Shown here: positions 8,825 to 18,293 of the stretch, one piece after another | Layout: the number at the start of each line of letters is the position of its first letter | Numbering within the stretch: position 1 is the first letter of the stretch | NCBI GenBank assembly: GCA_964608375.1 | Contig: CAZSON010000002.1 | Location: forward strand, 1 to 37,387 | From: an uncultured Desulfobacter sp. | GTDB taxonomy: Bacteria > Desulfobacterota > Desulfobacteria > Desulfobacterales > UBA2156 | Length of the DNA: 37,387 nt | Direction of reading: 5' to 3' | Notes under the pieces: model-generated | What the model was told of the DNA's origin: nothing | Seen by the model: only the letters and a program-made list of their open reading frames with translations | Databases searched by the model: none | Program-made: the position numbers and the translations under genes

Positions 8825-9763
8825 TTATCTCCCGTGATACTTCTCTTCAAATGTTTTAACCAGGTTGGTCATGGCCACATAAAAGGGTGTCGGGACTCCA
8901 TTTGCACGAGCATAATCTACTATCTTTCCCCCCAAAAAATCTATTTCTGTCGGTTTATTATTTGCGATGTCATGGCACATGGAGTCTTTGTGGCTGCCGA
9001 CCTTGTCTAGGTATTCGAGGGTCTGTTTAAGATAATCTTCCCCCAGGTCATAACCGACCGCCTTTGAAACAGCCATGGCCTCTTGAAAACAAGCATTTGC
9101 TATTTCTCTTGTGGGCGAAAAATCCAAAGCCTCTTTTATGGTCAGGTTCGTAATCGCACAAATTGAGGCCATGGTGCATTTCATGATCATTTTTTCCCAT
9201 ACATAACGCCTGATGTCATTGACGAATTCCGTCTCCAACCCGCAATCGGTAAGCATTTTGGCAATCTGAAACCCCAGGCCTCGATTCTTTTGGGCAAATT
9301 CTCCGATATGGTTGGGCCGGTTGAAAAAGGCCGCTGTCGCGACCCCCGGGTTTTTCAATGAAACTCCAAAATTCAGTGATACTCGGAAGACGGCTTCGGG
9401 GCCGAACCTGTCCGCCACAAGGTCTTCCGGTCCCAGGCCATTTTGCATGGAAATAATCTTCATTCCGGGACGATAAATTGTTTCAAGTTCATCAAGGACT
9501 TTTTTGAGGTGAAAAGTCTTTGTGGAAAGAAAAATAAGCGTTGGGTCAAAGTAACCCAACGCGTCAATCCGGCTGGAAAAATTTTTAACCGCTCCCTTGA
9601 AAGTCAAAGCTCCTGTAACTGTGATACCTTCTTTTTTGAGTATCTCACCCTGTTCAACCTTGCGACCGATAAGAACGGTTTCCGGGTATTTTCCGAGCAG
9701 TGCGGCCGCCAGCACACAACCGGTAGCCCCAATCCCCACAACCGCCATCCGGTGTTCTTCCAT
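8825..9763 (-). CDS. panE: 2-dehydropantoate 2-reductase (ketopantoate reductase, ApbA/PanE family)
   Basis: Rossmann motif VVGIGATGCVLAAALL and 312 aa length. The C-terminal part (SMCHDIANNKPTEIDFLGGKIV) matches the PanE signature. Confidence 0.75.
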   Translation of the reverse strand: MEEHRMAVVGIGATGCVLAAALLGKYPETVLIGRKVEQGEILKKEGITVTGALTFKGAVKNFSSRIDALGYFDPTLIFLSTKTFHLKKVLDELETIYRPGMKIISMQNGLGPEDLVADRFGPEAVFRVSLNFGVSLKNPGVATAAFFNRPNHIGEFAQKNRGLGFQIAKMLTDCGLETEFVNDIRRYVWEKMIMKCTMASICAITNLTIKEALDFSPTREIANACFQEAMAVSKAVGYDLGEDYLKQTLEYLDKVGSHKDSMCHDIANNKPTEIDFLGGKIVDYARANGVPTPFYVAMTNLVKTFEEKYHGR

Positions 9764-9889
9764 GTTGTTTTTCCTTACTTTTAACCGGTTCGTTTATCTG
9801 TTAATACGAATTTGAAACAAATGGCTGTCTCTCTCATAATAAGGCAGGTAGAAGCTTTCATCAAGGTCAAGTTCATATGAGTAATGTTT

Positions 9890-10885
9890 TTATGCAATGG
9901 CATTAAGGCGCTGATCGGATATCTTCTGTAAATCATTTAGGTATGATTTGATCAATTGTAACGTTTCATCTTCAGATGCAATTTGCTTTATCGATTCCCG
10001 GAACTTGCTGCTGCGCGGGAGTCCTTTTACAAACCAGCCGAGACGGCTGCGCATCATATAACACCCCCGCTTTTCACCCTGGCATCTTATGGTGGATTCC
10101 ACATATTGTTTCATAATTTCAAACCGCTGGTCAAGGCTCACAGATGGGATTTCCTCACCCCGAAAACAGGACAGTATTTGGAAAAATATCCATGGATTTC
10201 CGATTGCCCCCCTGCCGATCATCACTCCGTCACATCCGGTCGTCTTTTGCATCAAAATCGCATCTGCCGCCCCTTTGATGTCTCCGTTTCCGATGACCGG
10301 TAAGGATACCGTTTTTTTTATTTTTTCGATAATGGTCCAGTCAGCGGTTCCGCCAAACCCCTGGATAGCGGTCCGTGGATGGATAGTGACGGCATCTACT
10401 CCGCATGCATCGGCAATTTCAGCAATGTGAAGGGCCTGGTTACCGGACCGGTCCCATCCGGATCTCATTTTTACGGTCAGGGGAATGGTTATCGATTTTC
10501 GAACCGCCTTTATCAGAGCCTCCACCTTTTTGGGCGTATCCATCAGAGCCACGCCCGCTCCGGTTTTGATCACCTTTTTGACCGGGCAGCCAAGATTAAT
10601 ATCGAGTATACTGGCGCCTTTTGATTCAACGATAAGAGCCGCTTCAGCCATAATGTCAGGATCTGAGCCAAAAAGCTGAATGGAGAGCGGTTTTTCTTTT
10701 GGATCACTGCTCAGCATCTTCTCGGTCTTTTCCGATTTTTGAACCAGGCCGTGGGCACTGATCATCTCTGAACAGACCAAGGCACATCCCATCTCCCTGG
10801 CCAACAGCCGAAATGGAAGATTGGATATTCCGGAAAGCGGTGCCATAACCAGGTTATTATCTAAAAGAAGGGCGCCGATTCTCAT
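9890..10885 (-). CDS. dusB: tRNA-dihydrouridine synthase (DusB-like)
   Basis: MAPLSGISNLPFRLLAREMG, DINLGCPVKKV, and HPRT…G…ADW motifs of the Dus family. Confidence 0.88.
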   Translation of the reverse strand: MRIGALLLDNNLVMAPLSGISNLPFRLLAREMGCALVCSEMISAHGLVQKSEKTEKMLSSDPKEKPLSIQLFGSDPDIMAEAALIVESKGASILDINLGCPVKKVIKTGAGVALMDTPKKVEALIKAVRKSITIPLTVKMRSGWDRSGNQALHIAEIADACGVDAVTIHPRTAIQGFGGTADWTIIEKIKKTVSLPVIGNGDIKGAADAILMQKTTGCDGVMIGRGAIGNPWIFFQILSCFRGEEIPSVSLDQRFEIMKQYVESTIRCQGEKRGCYMMRSRLGWFVKGLPRSSKFRESIKQIASEDETLQLIKSYLNDLQKISDQRLNAIA

Positions 10886-10910
10886 TCATGCACCTGTCCG
10901 ACGATATTTT

Positions 10911-11795
10911 CTAAATAGAGGGGTTTGCATAACAGAAAAGACAGTTATGATGGCACGGTTGCATGTGATAAGATCCAATATCAACCGAGACCATGCATCC
11001 GCACCCCTTGTTTATCCGCTGACCCGCATCTTTTTTCAAAGAAAGACAGCCGCCAAAAATTCTAATAAGCAGATCGTTTGGGATGCAAGCGCTTTGTGTG
11101 ATGGCCGATGATGCGGGCAGAACATTGATGATCCTTTTTTCACAACATGTCTGAAGTTGTATGTTTTTCCCTTTAAGCTCCTGCTCCATCGCAAGCAAAA
11201 CCTTTTTTTTCTTTTCGATGCCGGGATCGACGAATGAAAATCCGGGTATGGATTCGTTTATTTTTCGGACCCGTTTTTGAATTTTCGGATAATCATCCAT
11301 AAAACTGGTGATACACCTTGAGATTCCGTTTTGGGCGGCTCTATGGGCGATGCGCGGAAAATCATCGAAATTGTCCCGTATTCCTCTTTTTTCTGTCTGA
11401 TAAAAACAGATGGGGTCAAATCTCCAGGTAATAGTCTCAGGTGCAAAACGATCAGTCAAGACGTCCAGTTGATCGAGGCGTTTTTCCAGGGGTGGAACAT
11501 TCGGCTCAAGCCGTGGGGAATCCGAGTTGAGGGTAAAGTTAAAAAAGAGATGGTATCCCATCTCTTTCAGTCTATCGCCATACCCTTCATTTATGAAAGG
11601 ATCAAAATTTTTTGACCAAAATACGATAGTGTGGACTTTTTCGGGTGTTGATGGCAGGATGGATACACGCTTGTTGTAAGGATTGGTAATTTCAAATATT
11701 CCCTTTTCAATCTGCTTCATAAACCATTTCATATAAAAGGCAGGGATATCGGTCCTTCTGGAAGCAGAGATTACGATGCGGGTGGGAGATTCCAT
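10911..11795 (-). CDS. DUF1848 domain protein (uncharacterised, C-terminal CX3CX2C cysteine cluster)
   Basis: ISASRRTDIPAFYMKWF N-terminus is typical of DUF1848. The C-terminus GCGCMVSVDIGSYHMQPCHHNCLFCYANP contains a radical-SAM-like CxxxCxxC. Confidence 0.7.
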   Translation of the reverse strand: MESPTRIVISASRRTDIPAFYMKWFMKQIEKGIFEITNPYNKRVSILPSTPEKVHTIVFWSKNFDPFINEGYGDRLKEMGYHLFFNFTLNSDSPRLEPNVPPLEKRLDQLDVLTDRFAPETITWRFDPICFYQTEKRGIRDNFDDFPRIAHRAAQNGISRCITSFMDDYPKIQKRVRKINESIPGFSFVDPGIEKKKKVLLAMEQELKGKNIQLQTCCEKRIINVLPASSAITQSACIPNDLLIRIFGGCLSLKKDAGQRINKGCGCMVSVDIGSYHMQPCHHNCLFCYANPSI

Positions 11796-12142
11796 CAGTT
11801 ATTTTTTTTCATCTTTTTCAGTGATATCACCTTTGCGGAGTGTGAACCGTTTTTCGGGAATTTTTTTTTCAAAGATGTGTCTTCTTTTTTTGAATTTTCC
11901 GGACATATTACCCTTTCCAGCTTTATTTTTTTCCCATCCATAGTAAAGGTATCACCGTTAATATAGGAATCTCTTAAAATCCAGGTCACGCTCTGGAGCG
12001 GCAGCTGCAAAAAAAGCAATTTTACATGGTACCAGCCTGCTTTTATATCCGGAAAAATCTCTTCAATTCTGGCAAAAACAAGCGGTTTCTCTTCAACATA
12101 TAGCAGTACAATATCGTTTTCCTGTGACATCTTCTGGATCAC
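11795..12142 (-). CDS. Hypothetical protein, 115 aa, with a Lys-rich tail
   Basis: ORF whose TGA overlaps the DUF1848 ATG (ATGA at 11793-11797). I recognise no motifs. Confidence 0.45.
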   Translation of the reverse strand: MIQKMSQENDIVLLYVEEKPLVFARIEEIFPDIKAGWYHVKLLFLQLPLQSVTWILRDSYINGDTFTMDGKKIKLERVICPENSKKEDTSLKKKFPKNGSHSAKVISLKKMKKNN

Positions 12143-12183
12143 CTCTTTATCTAAGCCCGGTTTGAACAGGATTCAAAACGGTT

Positions 12184-13272
12184 TTATCCGTATTTTTTTT
12201 CAAATGCCCTCATAAAATCGACCAGGGCGGAGACCGCCTCAACCGAGGTAGGATTATAAATCGATGCCCGGCACCCGCCTACAGATCGGTGTCCCTTAAG
12301 ACCACCCAGACCGTTTTCCAAGGCGTTTTGGACAAATATCGCCTCCAGATCTTCATTGGGTAGGCGAAAAGTAATGTTCATCATCGAACGGCTTTCCGGC
12401 ATTGCCGTACCTCTGTAAAAACCGCTCCCATCGATTACGCTGTATAAAAGTTCCGCCTTTTTACGATTGATCTGTTCCATTTTTCCAAGACCACCGATGG
12501 TTTCCTCCAACCACTTCAGTACCAGGTGGATCACATAGATGCCAAAACAGGGCGGCGTGTTATAGAGCGAGTTTTTTTCAACAAAACTGGTGTACTTTAG
12601 CATCGTCGGCAGATGATCCGGTACACGTTCGAGCATATCGTCTCTAACAACGACCATACACACCCCTGCTGGTCCTATATTCTTCTGAGCACCGGCATAG
12701 ATCAATCCGAATTTCTCCAGGTCAAAGGCTCTCCAAAAAATATCTGAGGACATGTCTGCGATCAGCGGAACATCATCTGTATCCGGGAACGACGACCACT
12801 GGGTACCTTTAATGGTATTGTTTGATGTAATGTGGCAGTAGACTGCATTGCTGCTGCATTGAATATCCTTCGGAATATAAGAAAAATTCTTATCTTCCGA
12901 TGATGCTATCACGTTCACGCGTTTCTGCTGTATCCTTGCCTCTGTAATCGCCTTTGTCGACCAGTTTCCGGTATTAATGTAATCCGCCGGGGTTTCCCCA
13001 TTTAAAAAATTCATCGGAATCATGCAAAATTGCATGCTGGCGCCCCCTTGGAGGAAAAGAACATGAAATTTTTCGTCCAGCTTGAGAATGCGCCTTACCC
13101 TGGCGATGGCATCCTCTATGACATCTTTAAACCATTTGGATCTGTGGCTGATCTCAATAATCGACATCCCGGATCCGGCGAAATTGAAAAACGAACCTTG
13201 GATTTCTTCCAAAACAGGAAAAGGAAGTGCAGCAGGCCCTGCATTGAAATTATATATTCTTTTTCTCTTCAT
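12184..13272 (-). CDS. serC: Phosphoserine aminotransferase
   Basis: YNFNAGPAALP N-terminus, 362 aa, and overall SerC pattern (…IYAGAQKNIGPAG…). Confidence 0.92.
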   Translation of the reverse strand: MKRKRIYNFNAGPAALPFPVLEEIQGSFFNFAGSGMSIIEISHRSKWFKDVIEDAIARVRRILKLDEKFHVLFLQGGASMQFCMIPMNFLNGETPADYINTGNWSTKAITEARIQQKRVNVIASSEDKNFSYIPKDIQCSSNAVYCHITSNNTIKGTQWSSFPDTDDVPLIADMSSDIFWRAFDLEKFGLIYAGAQKNIGPAGVCMVVVRDDMLERVPDHLPTMLKYTSFVEKNSLYNTPPCFGIYVIHLVLKWLEETIGGLGKMEQINRKKAELLYSVIDGSGFYRGTAMPESRSMMNITFRLPNEDLEAIFVQNALENGLGGLKGHRSVGGCRASIYNPTSVEAVSALVDFMRAFEKKYG

Positions 13273-13581
13273 CTATTTTCTCCATATTGAATCAAAACTG
13301 ATGTGTCTGGTTTCCTTAAGCGAATCCACCGGATCACGAACCATGGTTTATCCCCGACAGGTGTGGAGCGCATCCATCTATTCAGATATGAAAAATATGT
13401 CAACGGAAAATTTAAAGAGACATTGATGACGCTTCGTGTTGACAAGGAACCCTGATTGAAAATAAACTTTAAAAGATAAATGCAAAACGAACCTGTTTGA
13501 ACACCGTTTCAGCCGACATTGCATCGCTACCTTAGATCCTGCAATATAGGTATAGATCCTAAAAAAAGAAAGCGCATAAAA

Positions 13582-14907
13582 ATGAAAATCTATAACTTTC
13601 CTTCAAAAGAGGCTGAAAAAAGACTTTCAACCATTATCAACCGTGGTTTAGGTTACAAACAGAAAGATTTCCTAGAGGTTACCCGTATTCTGGATGATGT
13701 CAAGAAAAACGGCGACCGGGCACTGGTAGAATATATCCGTAGGTTTGATGCCCCTGACATTACAGTGAATACTTTGAAAACAACGGAAAAAGAGATGAAT
13801 AACGCTGCATCTTTAGCCGATAGGTCATTTAAACAGGCTTTAGGTCGTGCAGCATCACAAATAACGTCGTTTCATCAGAGGCAACTCAAGACATCATGGA
13901 TTGATACGAATCGACCCGGAACCCTCCTTGGACAGTTAATCAATCCGGTCGGATCAGTCGGGATATATGTTCCGGGTGGAAGGGGTGGAAACACCCCATT
14001 GGTTTCGTCAATACTGATGTGCGGCATTCCGGCCAGAATAGCCGGTGTAGAAAAGGTGGTTATGGTAACGCCGCCTACCTCAAAAGGAGGTGTAAATCCC
14101 TATCTTCTTTTTGCTGCAAGGAAAGTCGGAATTCGTGATGTTTATAAAGTCGGAAGTGCCTGGGGAATCGCCGCGTTGGCCTTTGGTACTGAGACGGTCC
14201 CGAAAGTGGATATGATTGCAGGACCCGGTAACATCCACGTTTCCATGGCAAAAAAAATTGTGGCAGATCTTGTCGGCATAGATTTGATCGCCGGACCGAG
14301 TGAAATTCTGATTATCGCAGACCGGACCGCAAATCCGGAATTTATCGCCGCAGATCTCCTTTCTCAGGCGGAACATGATCCCCTGGCTTCAGCTCTGTTG
14401 GTGACCGATTCGCCTGAAATCGGCGGCGCTGTTGCCCTGGCCATTCGGGCGCAGCTGGAAAATCTTTTGCGTAAAGAGATTATCCAAAAATCGCTTTCCC
14501 GGTATGGGGGCATCCTGGTGGTGCCTGATTTAGACACCGCTGTGGCAATCTCAAACCGCATTGCACCGGAGCATCTTGAACTGCATATCAAGGATCATTT
14601 TGATTACATCGGACAAATCCGTAATGCGGGCGCTGTGTTTGCAGGAGACTACACCCCTGAATCGGTTGGGGATTATATGGCCGGACCCAATCATGTGCTC
14701 CCCACCGCAGGTACGGCGCGATTTGCCTCAGGCCTTTCGGTAGACCATTTTATCAAAAAAACAAATATCCTTCACTACTCCCGTTCTGCCTTCAATCAGG
14801 AAGCAAAAGCGATCATCCGCTTGGCTGAAATCGAAGGGCTTGATGCACATGCGCATTCTATCAGGGTTCGATTTCAACATCGTAAGGGTAATAGGCGAAG
14901 ACCTTGA
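13582..14907 (+). CDS. hisD: Histidinol dehydrogenase
   Basis: GDRALVEYIRRFD, YVPGGRG…PLVSSILM, AGPSEILIIAD, SQAEHD and APEHLEL motifs. ATG at 13582 (MKIYNF) is preferred to the upstream TTG at 13519. Confidence 0.92.
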   Translation: MKIYNFPSKEAEKRLSTIINRGLGYKQKDFLEVTRILDDVKKNGDRALVEYIRRFDAPDITVNTLKTTEKEMNNAASLADRSFKQALGRAASQITSFHQRQLKTSWIDTNRPGTLLGQLINPVGSVGIYVPGGRGGNTPLVSSILMCGIPARIAGVEKVVMVTPPTSKGGVNPYLLFAARKVGIRDVYKVGSAWGIAALAFGTETVPKVDMIAGPGNIHVSMAKKIVADLVGIDLIAGPSEILIIADRTANPEFIAADLLSQAEHDPLASALLVTDSPEIGGAVALAIRAQLENLLRKEIIQKSLSRYGGILVVPDLDTAVAISNRIAPEHLELHIKDHFDYIGQIRNAGAVFAGDYTPESVGDYMAGPNHVLPTAGTARFASGLSVDHFIKKTNILHYSRSAFNQEAKAIIRLAEIEGLDAHAHSIRVRFQHRKGNRRRP

Positions 14908-14929
14908 ACAGATTGGTGAAAATGGGAAC

Positions 14930-16027
14930 TTAATAAATCGATTTAGTAGACGCGGCGTCGAAGATATGAAGGTGATTGAGGTTGAAAGCCAGTTTTGTCT
15001 TCTCTTTGGGATGCACAGCCCTTCTTCCCTCGCATTTTCCGATTATCTTCAAACCTCCGGTGTCAAGGTGCATATAGGTTTCGCTGCCTAAAGGCTCGGT
15101 AACTACTATTTCGGCGTCAAACTTCCAGTCGTCCGGTATATCGTTGCGAGCCTCCTCTAAAAAAATATCCTCCGCGCGCAGTCCCATCACAATTTTTTGT
15201 CCCTCACTAATTTTAGCGTCAGGTTTATCGGGAATCGGCAGTTTAAATCCAGCTGGGAAACTAATGCTTAGTTTTTCGTCGTTTTTGTTAATCGTCCCAT
15301 CGATCAGGTTCATAGGCGGACTTCCAATAAATCCCGCCACAAACGTATTCACCGGATTCTGGAAAAGCTCGATAGGATCCCCGACCTGTTCAATATAACC
15401 ATCTTTCAAAACGACAATTCGGTCACCCAATGTCATGGCTTCCACCTGATCGTGTGTTACATATATGATAGTGTTTTTCACTCGTTGATGGAGTTGTTTG
15501 ATCTCCACTCGCATTTGGGTTCTTAGTTTAGCGTCAAGATTTGATAGAGGTTCATCAAAAAGAAAAATATCCGGATTCCGGACAATGGCTCTTCCCATCG
15601 CCACTCTTTGTCGTTGACCACCGGATAGCTCGGATGGTTTTCTGTTGAGGAGTTCCTCAATATTTAAAATCCTGGCAGCGTTATTCACCCTTTCCCTGAT
15701 TTCAGGTTTGGGTACTTTTTGGAGTTTTAACGCAAACGACATATTGTCAAAAACATTCATGTGAGGATACAAAGCATAGTTCTGAAATACCATCGCGATG
15801 TTTCGATCTTTGGGCAGGATGTTATTCACCACGCGATTGCCAATCACGATCTCTCCTCCGGTTATTTCCTCAAGGCCCGCAATCATGCGAAGCGTAGTAG
15901 ATTTACCACATCCCGAAGGACCCACCAAAACGATAAACTCATCGTCTTTAATCGCGAGATTGATAGAATGTACTACTTCATGTTCGCCAAACTTTTTAAC
16001 TAGGTTTTTTAATGCTATGGTCGTCAT
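14930..16027 (-). CDS. ABC transporter ATP-binding protein, MalK/UgpC/MsmK type (CUT1 sugar importer ATPase with C-terminal TOBE-like domain)
   Basis: Walker [10 protein letters not shown], signature [14 protein letters not shown], Walker [13 protein letters not shown], and a 365-aa length that includes a regulatory C-terminal domain. Confidence 0.9.
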   Translation of the reverse strand: MTTIALKNLVKKFGEHEVVHSINLAIKDDEFIVLVGPSGCGKSTTLRMIAGLEEITGGEIVIGNRVVNNILPKDRNIAMVFQNYALYPHMNVFDNMSFALKLQKVPKPEIRERVNNAARILNIEELLNRKPSELSGGQRQRVAMGRAIVRNPDIFLFDEPLSNLDAKLRTQMRVEIKQLHQRVKNTIIYVTHDQVEAMTLGDRIVVLKDGYIEQVGDPIELFQNPVNTFVAGFIGSPPMNLIDGTINKNDEKLSISFPAGFKLPIPDKPDAKISEGQKIVMGLRAEDIFLEEARNDIPDDWKFDAEIVVTEPLGSETYMHLDTGGLKIIGKCEGRRAVHPKEKTKLAFNLNHLHIFDAASTKSIY

Positions 16028-16197
16028 AAGATCTCTCCGGAAGCGATCACGGTTCCGGTTTCTCTGTTTCCGCTTTTTAATCGAATTGCCATAATGGCAT
16101 CGGCGCCATCTTGTATTGCCTCCAAAAAGGCCACAGCACCAAAGATCACTCGTTTACTTTTGTAACCTGTCCGACCAAATATCTTTTCTGTAATCAT
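16024..16197 (-). CDS. Small protein, 57 aa, possibly TOBE/Mop-like
   Basis: [63 protein letters not shown] lies 5 nt upstream, and the stop overlaps the ATPase start (ATGA at 16024-16027). The longer track ORF (to 16329) is probably an over-extension. The TOBE/Mop resemblance is from memory only. Confidence 0.45.
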   Translation of the reverse strand: MITEKIFGRTGYKSKRVIFGAVAFLEAIQDGADAIMAIRLKSGNRETGTVIASGEIL

Positions 16198-16391
16198 GAT
16201 GTCTCCAAAATTAGTCGAATAATGGTTGATGAGAGAAAATTTTTTCGGTGAAAAGAGTATCGCAAAAAAAGACAATTTTACAAGTGATAATTGAAGATTT
16301 ACTTTAAAATGCCCTATTTCTTCTGGCAAATTGCAGAATTATCTGCTAGTTTCGGTGCATACGTTTGCATAATTTAAGATGGAGGATGGTC

Positions 16392-18206
16392 ATGAAGGAG
16401 GATATAAAAGATTTTGAAATGCAAGCTGCGAGAAACCTGCTTCAGGGGGAATTGCCAAAAATTGGCATTCGTCCTACTATCGATGGACGTCTGGGAGGGG
16501 TTCGAGAGTCACTTGAAGCCCAGACAAGACATATGGCGTTGAATGTTGCCCGCTTTTTATCCGACAACTTGAGACACCCTGATGGAAGCCCGGTCGAATG
16601 TGTGGTGGCTGACAGGTCTATCGGCGGAGTGGCTGAATCGATAATGGCGGCTGAAAATTTCAGACAAAAAAACGTGGGGGTATCCATAACAACAACACCG
16701 TGTTGGTGCTATGGCAGCGAAACGATGGAAATGGATCCCAGCATTCCCAAAGCCATATGGGGATTTAATGGCACGGAACGGCCTGGTGCGGTTTATTTGG
16801 CGGCAGCTTTAGCCGCCCATAACCAAAAAGGCTTGCCGGCATTCAGCATTTACGGCAGGCATGTTCAGGATGCCGGAGATACTGAAATTCATGAAGATGT
16901 CCAGGACAAGCTGATTTCTTTCGCAAAATCCGGTTTGGCGGTAGCCACCCTGAGAAATAAATCCTATTTGTCTATGGGCTCTGTTTCCATGGGAATCGCC
17001 GGTTCAATCGTAAACGAAAATTTTTTCCAGGAATATCTCGGAATGAGAAACGAATACGTCGATATGAGCGAGTTTACCAGACGAATCGCGGAGAAGATTT
17101 ATGACACTCAGGAATTTGAATTTGCTTTGGGTTGGGTAAAGAAATACTGCAAGGAAGGTCCGGATGAAAACCCTCCTTCTACCCGGAAGTCACGAGCCGA
17201 AAAAGATCTGGAATGGGAAACGGTCGTTAAGATGACGATGATTGCCCGGGATTTGATGGTTGGCAATCCAAAATTGACTGACCTGGGGTATGGAGAGGAA
17301 GGACTGGGACGTAATGCGATTTTATCCGGTTTCCAGGGGCAACGACAGTGGACCGATTATTTTCCGAACGGCGATTTTATGGAAGCAATATTGAACTCTT
17401 CATTTGACTGGAACGGTATCAGGCAGCCGTACCTGGTAGCGACTGAAAATGACTCCTTAAACGGAGTTTCCATGCTATTCGGCCATCTTCTGACCGGTAC
17501 GGCACAGGTGTTCTCGGATGTGCGGACGTACTGGAGCCCGGAGGCGGTAAAACGCGTAACCGGAAAAGAGCTGGAAGGCAAAGTTCAAAATGGTATTATT
17601 CATCTGATAAATTCCGGCTCGTCCGCTCTGGATGGTTCAGGTGAACAGATGGTTAACGGCAATCCAGCGATTAAACCATATTGGAAAATCACCTCAGAAG
17701 AAGCAATTCGGTGTTTAGAGGCGACCTCTTGGTGTCCTGCAATTAGAGACTATTTTAGGGGTGGTGGCTATTCCTCCAAATTTGTAACAAGAGGGGGGAT
17801 GCCGATAACGATGTCGAGAATAAACCTGATAAAAGGAGTGGGTCCTGTGATGCAAATCGCCGAAGGTGAAACAGTGGAGCTACCGAGAGATATGCATGAT
17901 ATTTTGGATCAACGCACCAACATCACCTGGCCGACAACCTGGTTTGTTCCGAGGCTGACGGGCCGGGGAGCATTCAGGGATGTATATTCGGTTATGGCTA
18001 ACTGGGGAGCGAATCATGCTGCTTACAGTTATGGCCATATCGGGGCGCAGTTAATTACTTTGGCTTCGATGCTGCGCATTCCGATCTGCATGCATAATGT
18101 TCCCACGGAGAAGATCTATCGACCGAGCGTCTGGGGCGCCTTCGGCATGGATTCAGAAGGATCCGATTATCGGGCTTGCGCTAACTTTGGTCCTTTATAT
18201 GGATAG
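16392..18206 (+). CDS. fucI: L-fucose isomerase
   Basis: Near-colinear with my recollection of E. coli FucI: [99 protein letters not shown] and [16 protein letters not shown] precedes the ATG at 16392 (alternative ATG at 16386). Confidence 0.95.
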   Translation: MKEDIKDFEMQAARNLLQGELPKIGIRPTIDGRLGGVRESLEAQTRHMALNVARFLSDNLRHPDGSPVECVVADRSIGGVAESIMAAENFRQKNVGVSITTTPCWCYGSETMEMDPSIPKAIWGFNGTERPGAVYLAAALAAHNQKGLPAFSIYGRHVQDAGDTEIHEDVQDKLISFAKSGLAVATLRNKSYLSMGSVSMGIAGSIVNENFFQEYLGMRNEYVDMSEFTRRIAEKIYDTQEFEFALGWVKKYCKEGPDENPPSTRKSRAEKDLEWETVVKMTMIARDLMVGNPKLTDLGYGEEGLGRNAILSGFQGQRQWTDYFPNGDFMEAILNSSFDWNGIRQPYLVATENDSLNGVSMLFGHLLTGTAQVFSDVRTYWSPEAVKRVTGKELEGKVQNGIIHLINSGSSALDGSGEQMVNGNPAIKPYWKITSEEAIRCLEATSWCPAIRDYFRGGGYSSKFVTRGGMPITMSRINLIKGVGPVMQIAEGETVELPRDMHDILDQRTNITWPTTWFVPRLTGRGAFRDVYSVMANWGANHAAYSYGHIGAQLITLASMLRIPICMHNVPTEKIYRPSVWGAFGMDSEGSDYRACANFGPLYG

Positions 18207-18293
18207 ATTCAATATCTTGAGCTATATCCTGACTAACGCGTAATTTGGGCACAACATGATTGGCAACTTTTTTGTGAAAGCTTCAGGGGTAAG

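Noticed and set aside
12158-12182. Hairpin CCGGTTTGAA-cagga-TTCAAAACGG between serC and the 115-aa ORF, considered as a terminator.
   Set aside because: The T-run (TTTTA) follows it only on the plus strand, where nothing is transcribed into it. In the minus-strand (gene) orientation there is no U-tract, and the stem has a mismatch.
16198-16329. The upstream 44 codons of the 101-aa track ORF (16024-16329, MPEEIGHFKV…).
   Set aside because: There is no SD at that start and the sequence is low-complexity and AT-rich. An internal ATG at 16197 has a GGAG SD, so only the 57-aa version is reported.
16353-16368. Sigma54-like element CGGTGC-n6-TTGC upstream of fucI.
   Set aside because: The -24/-12 spacing is one nucleotide too long (consensus TGGCAC-n5-TTGC) and the -24 box is imperfect (GGTGC). 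Sigma54 promoters tolerate almost no spacing change.
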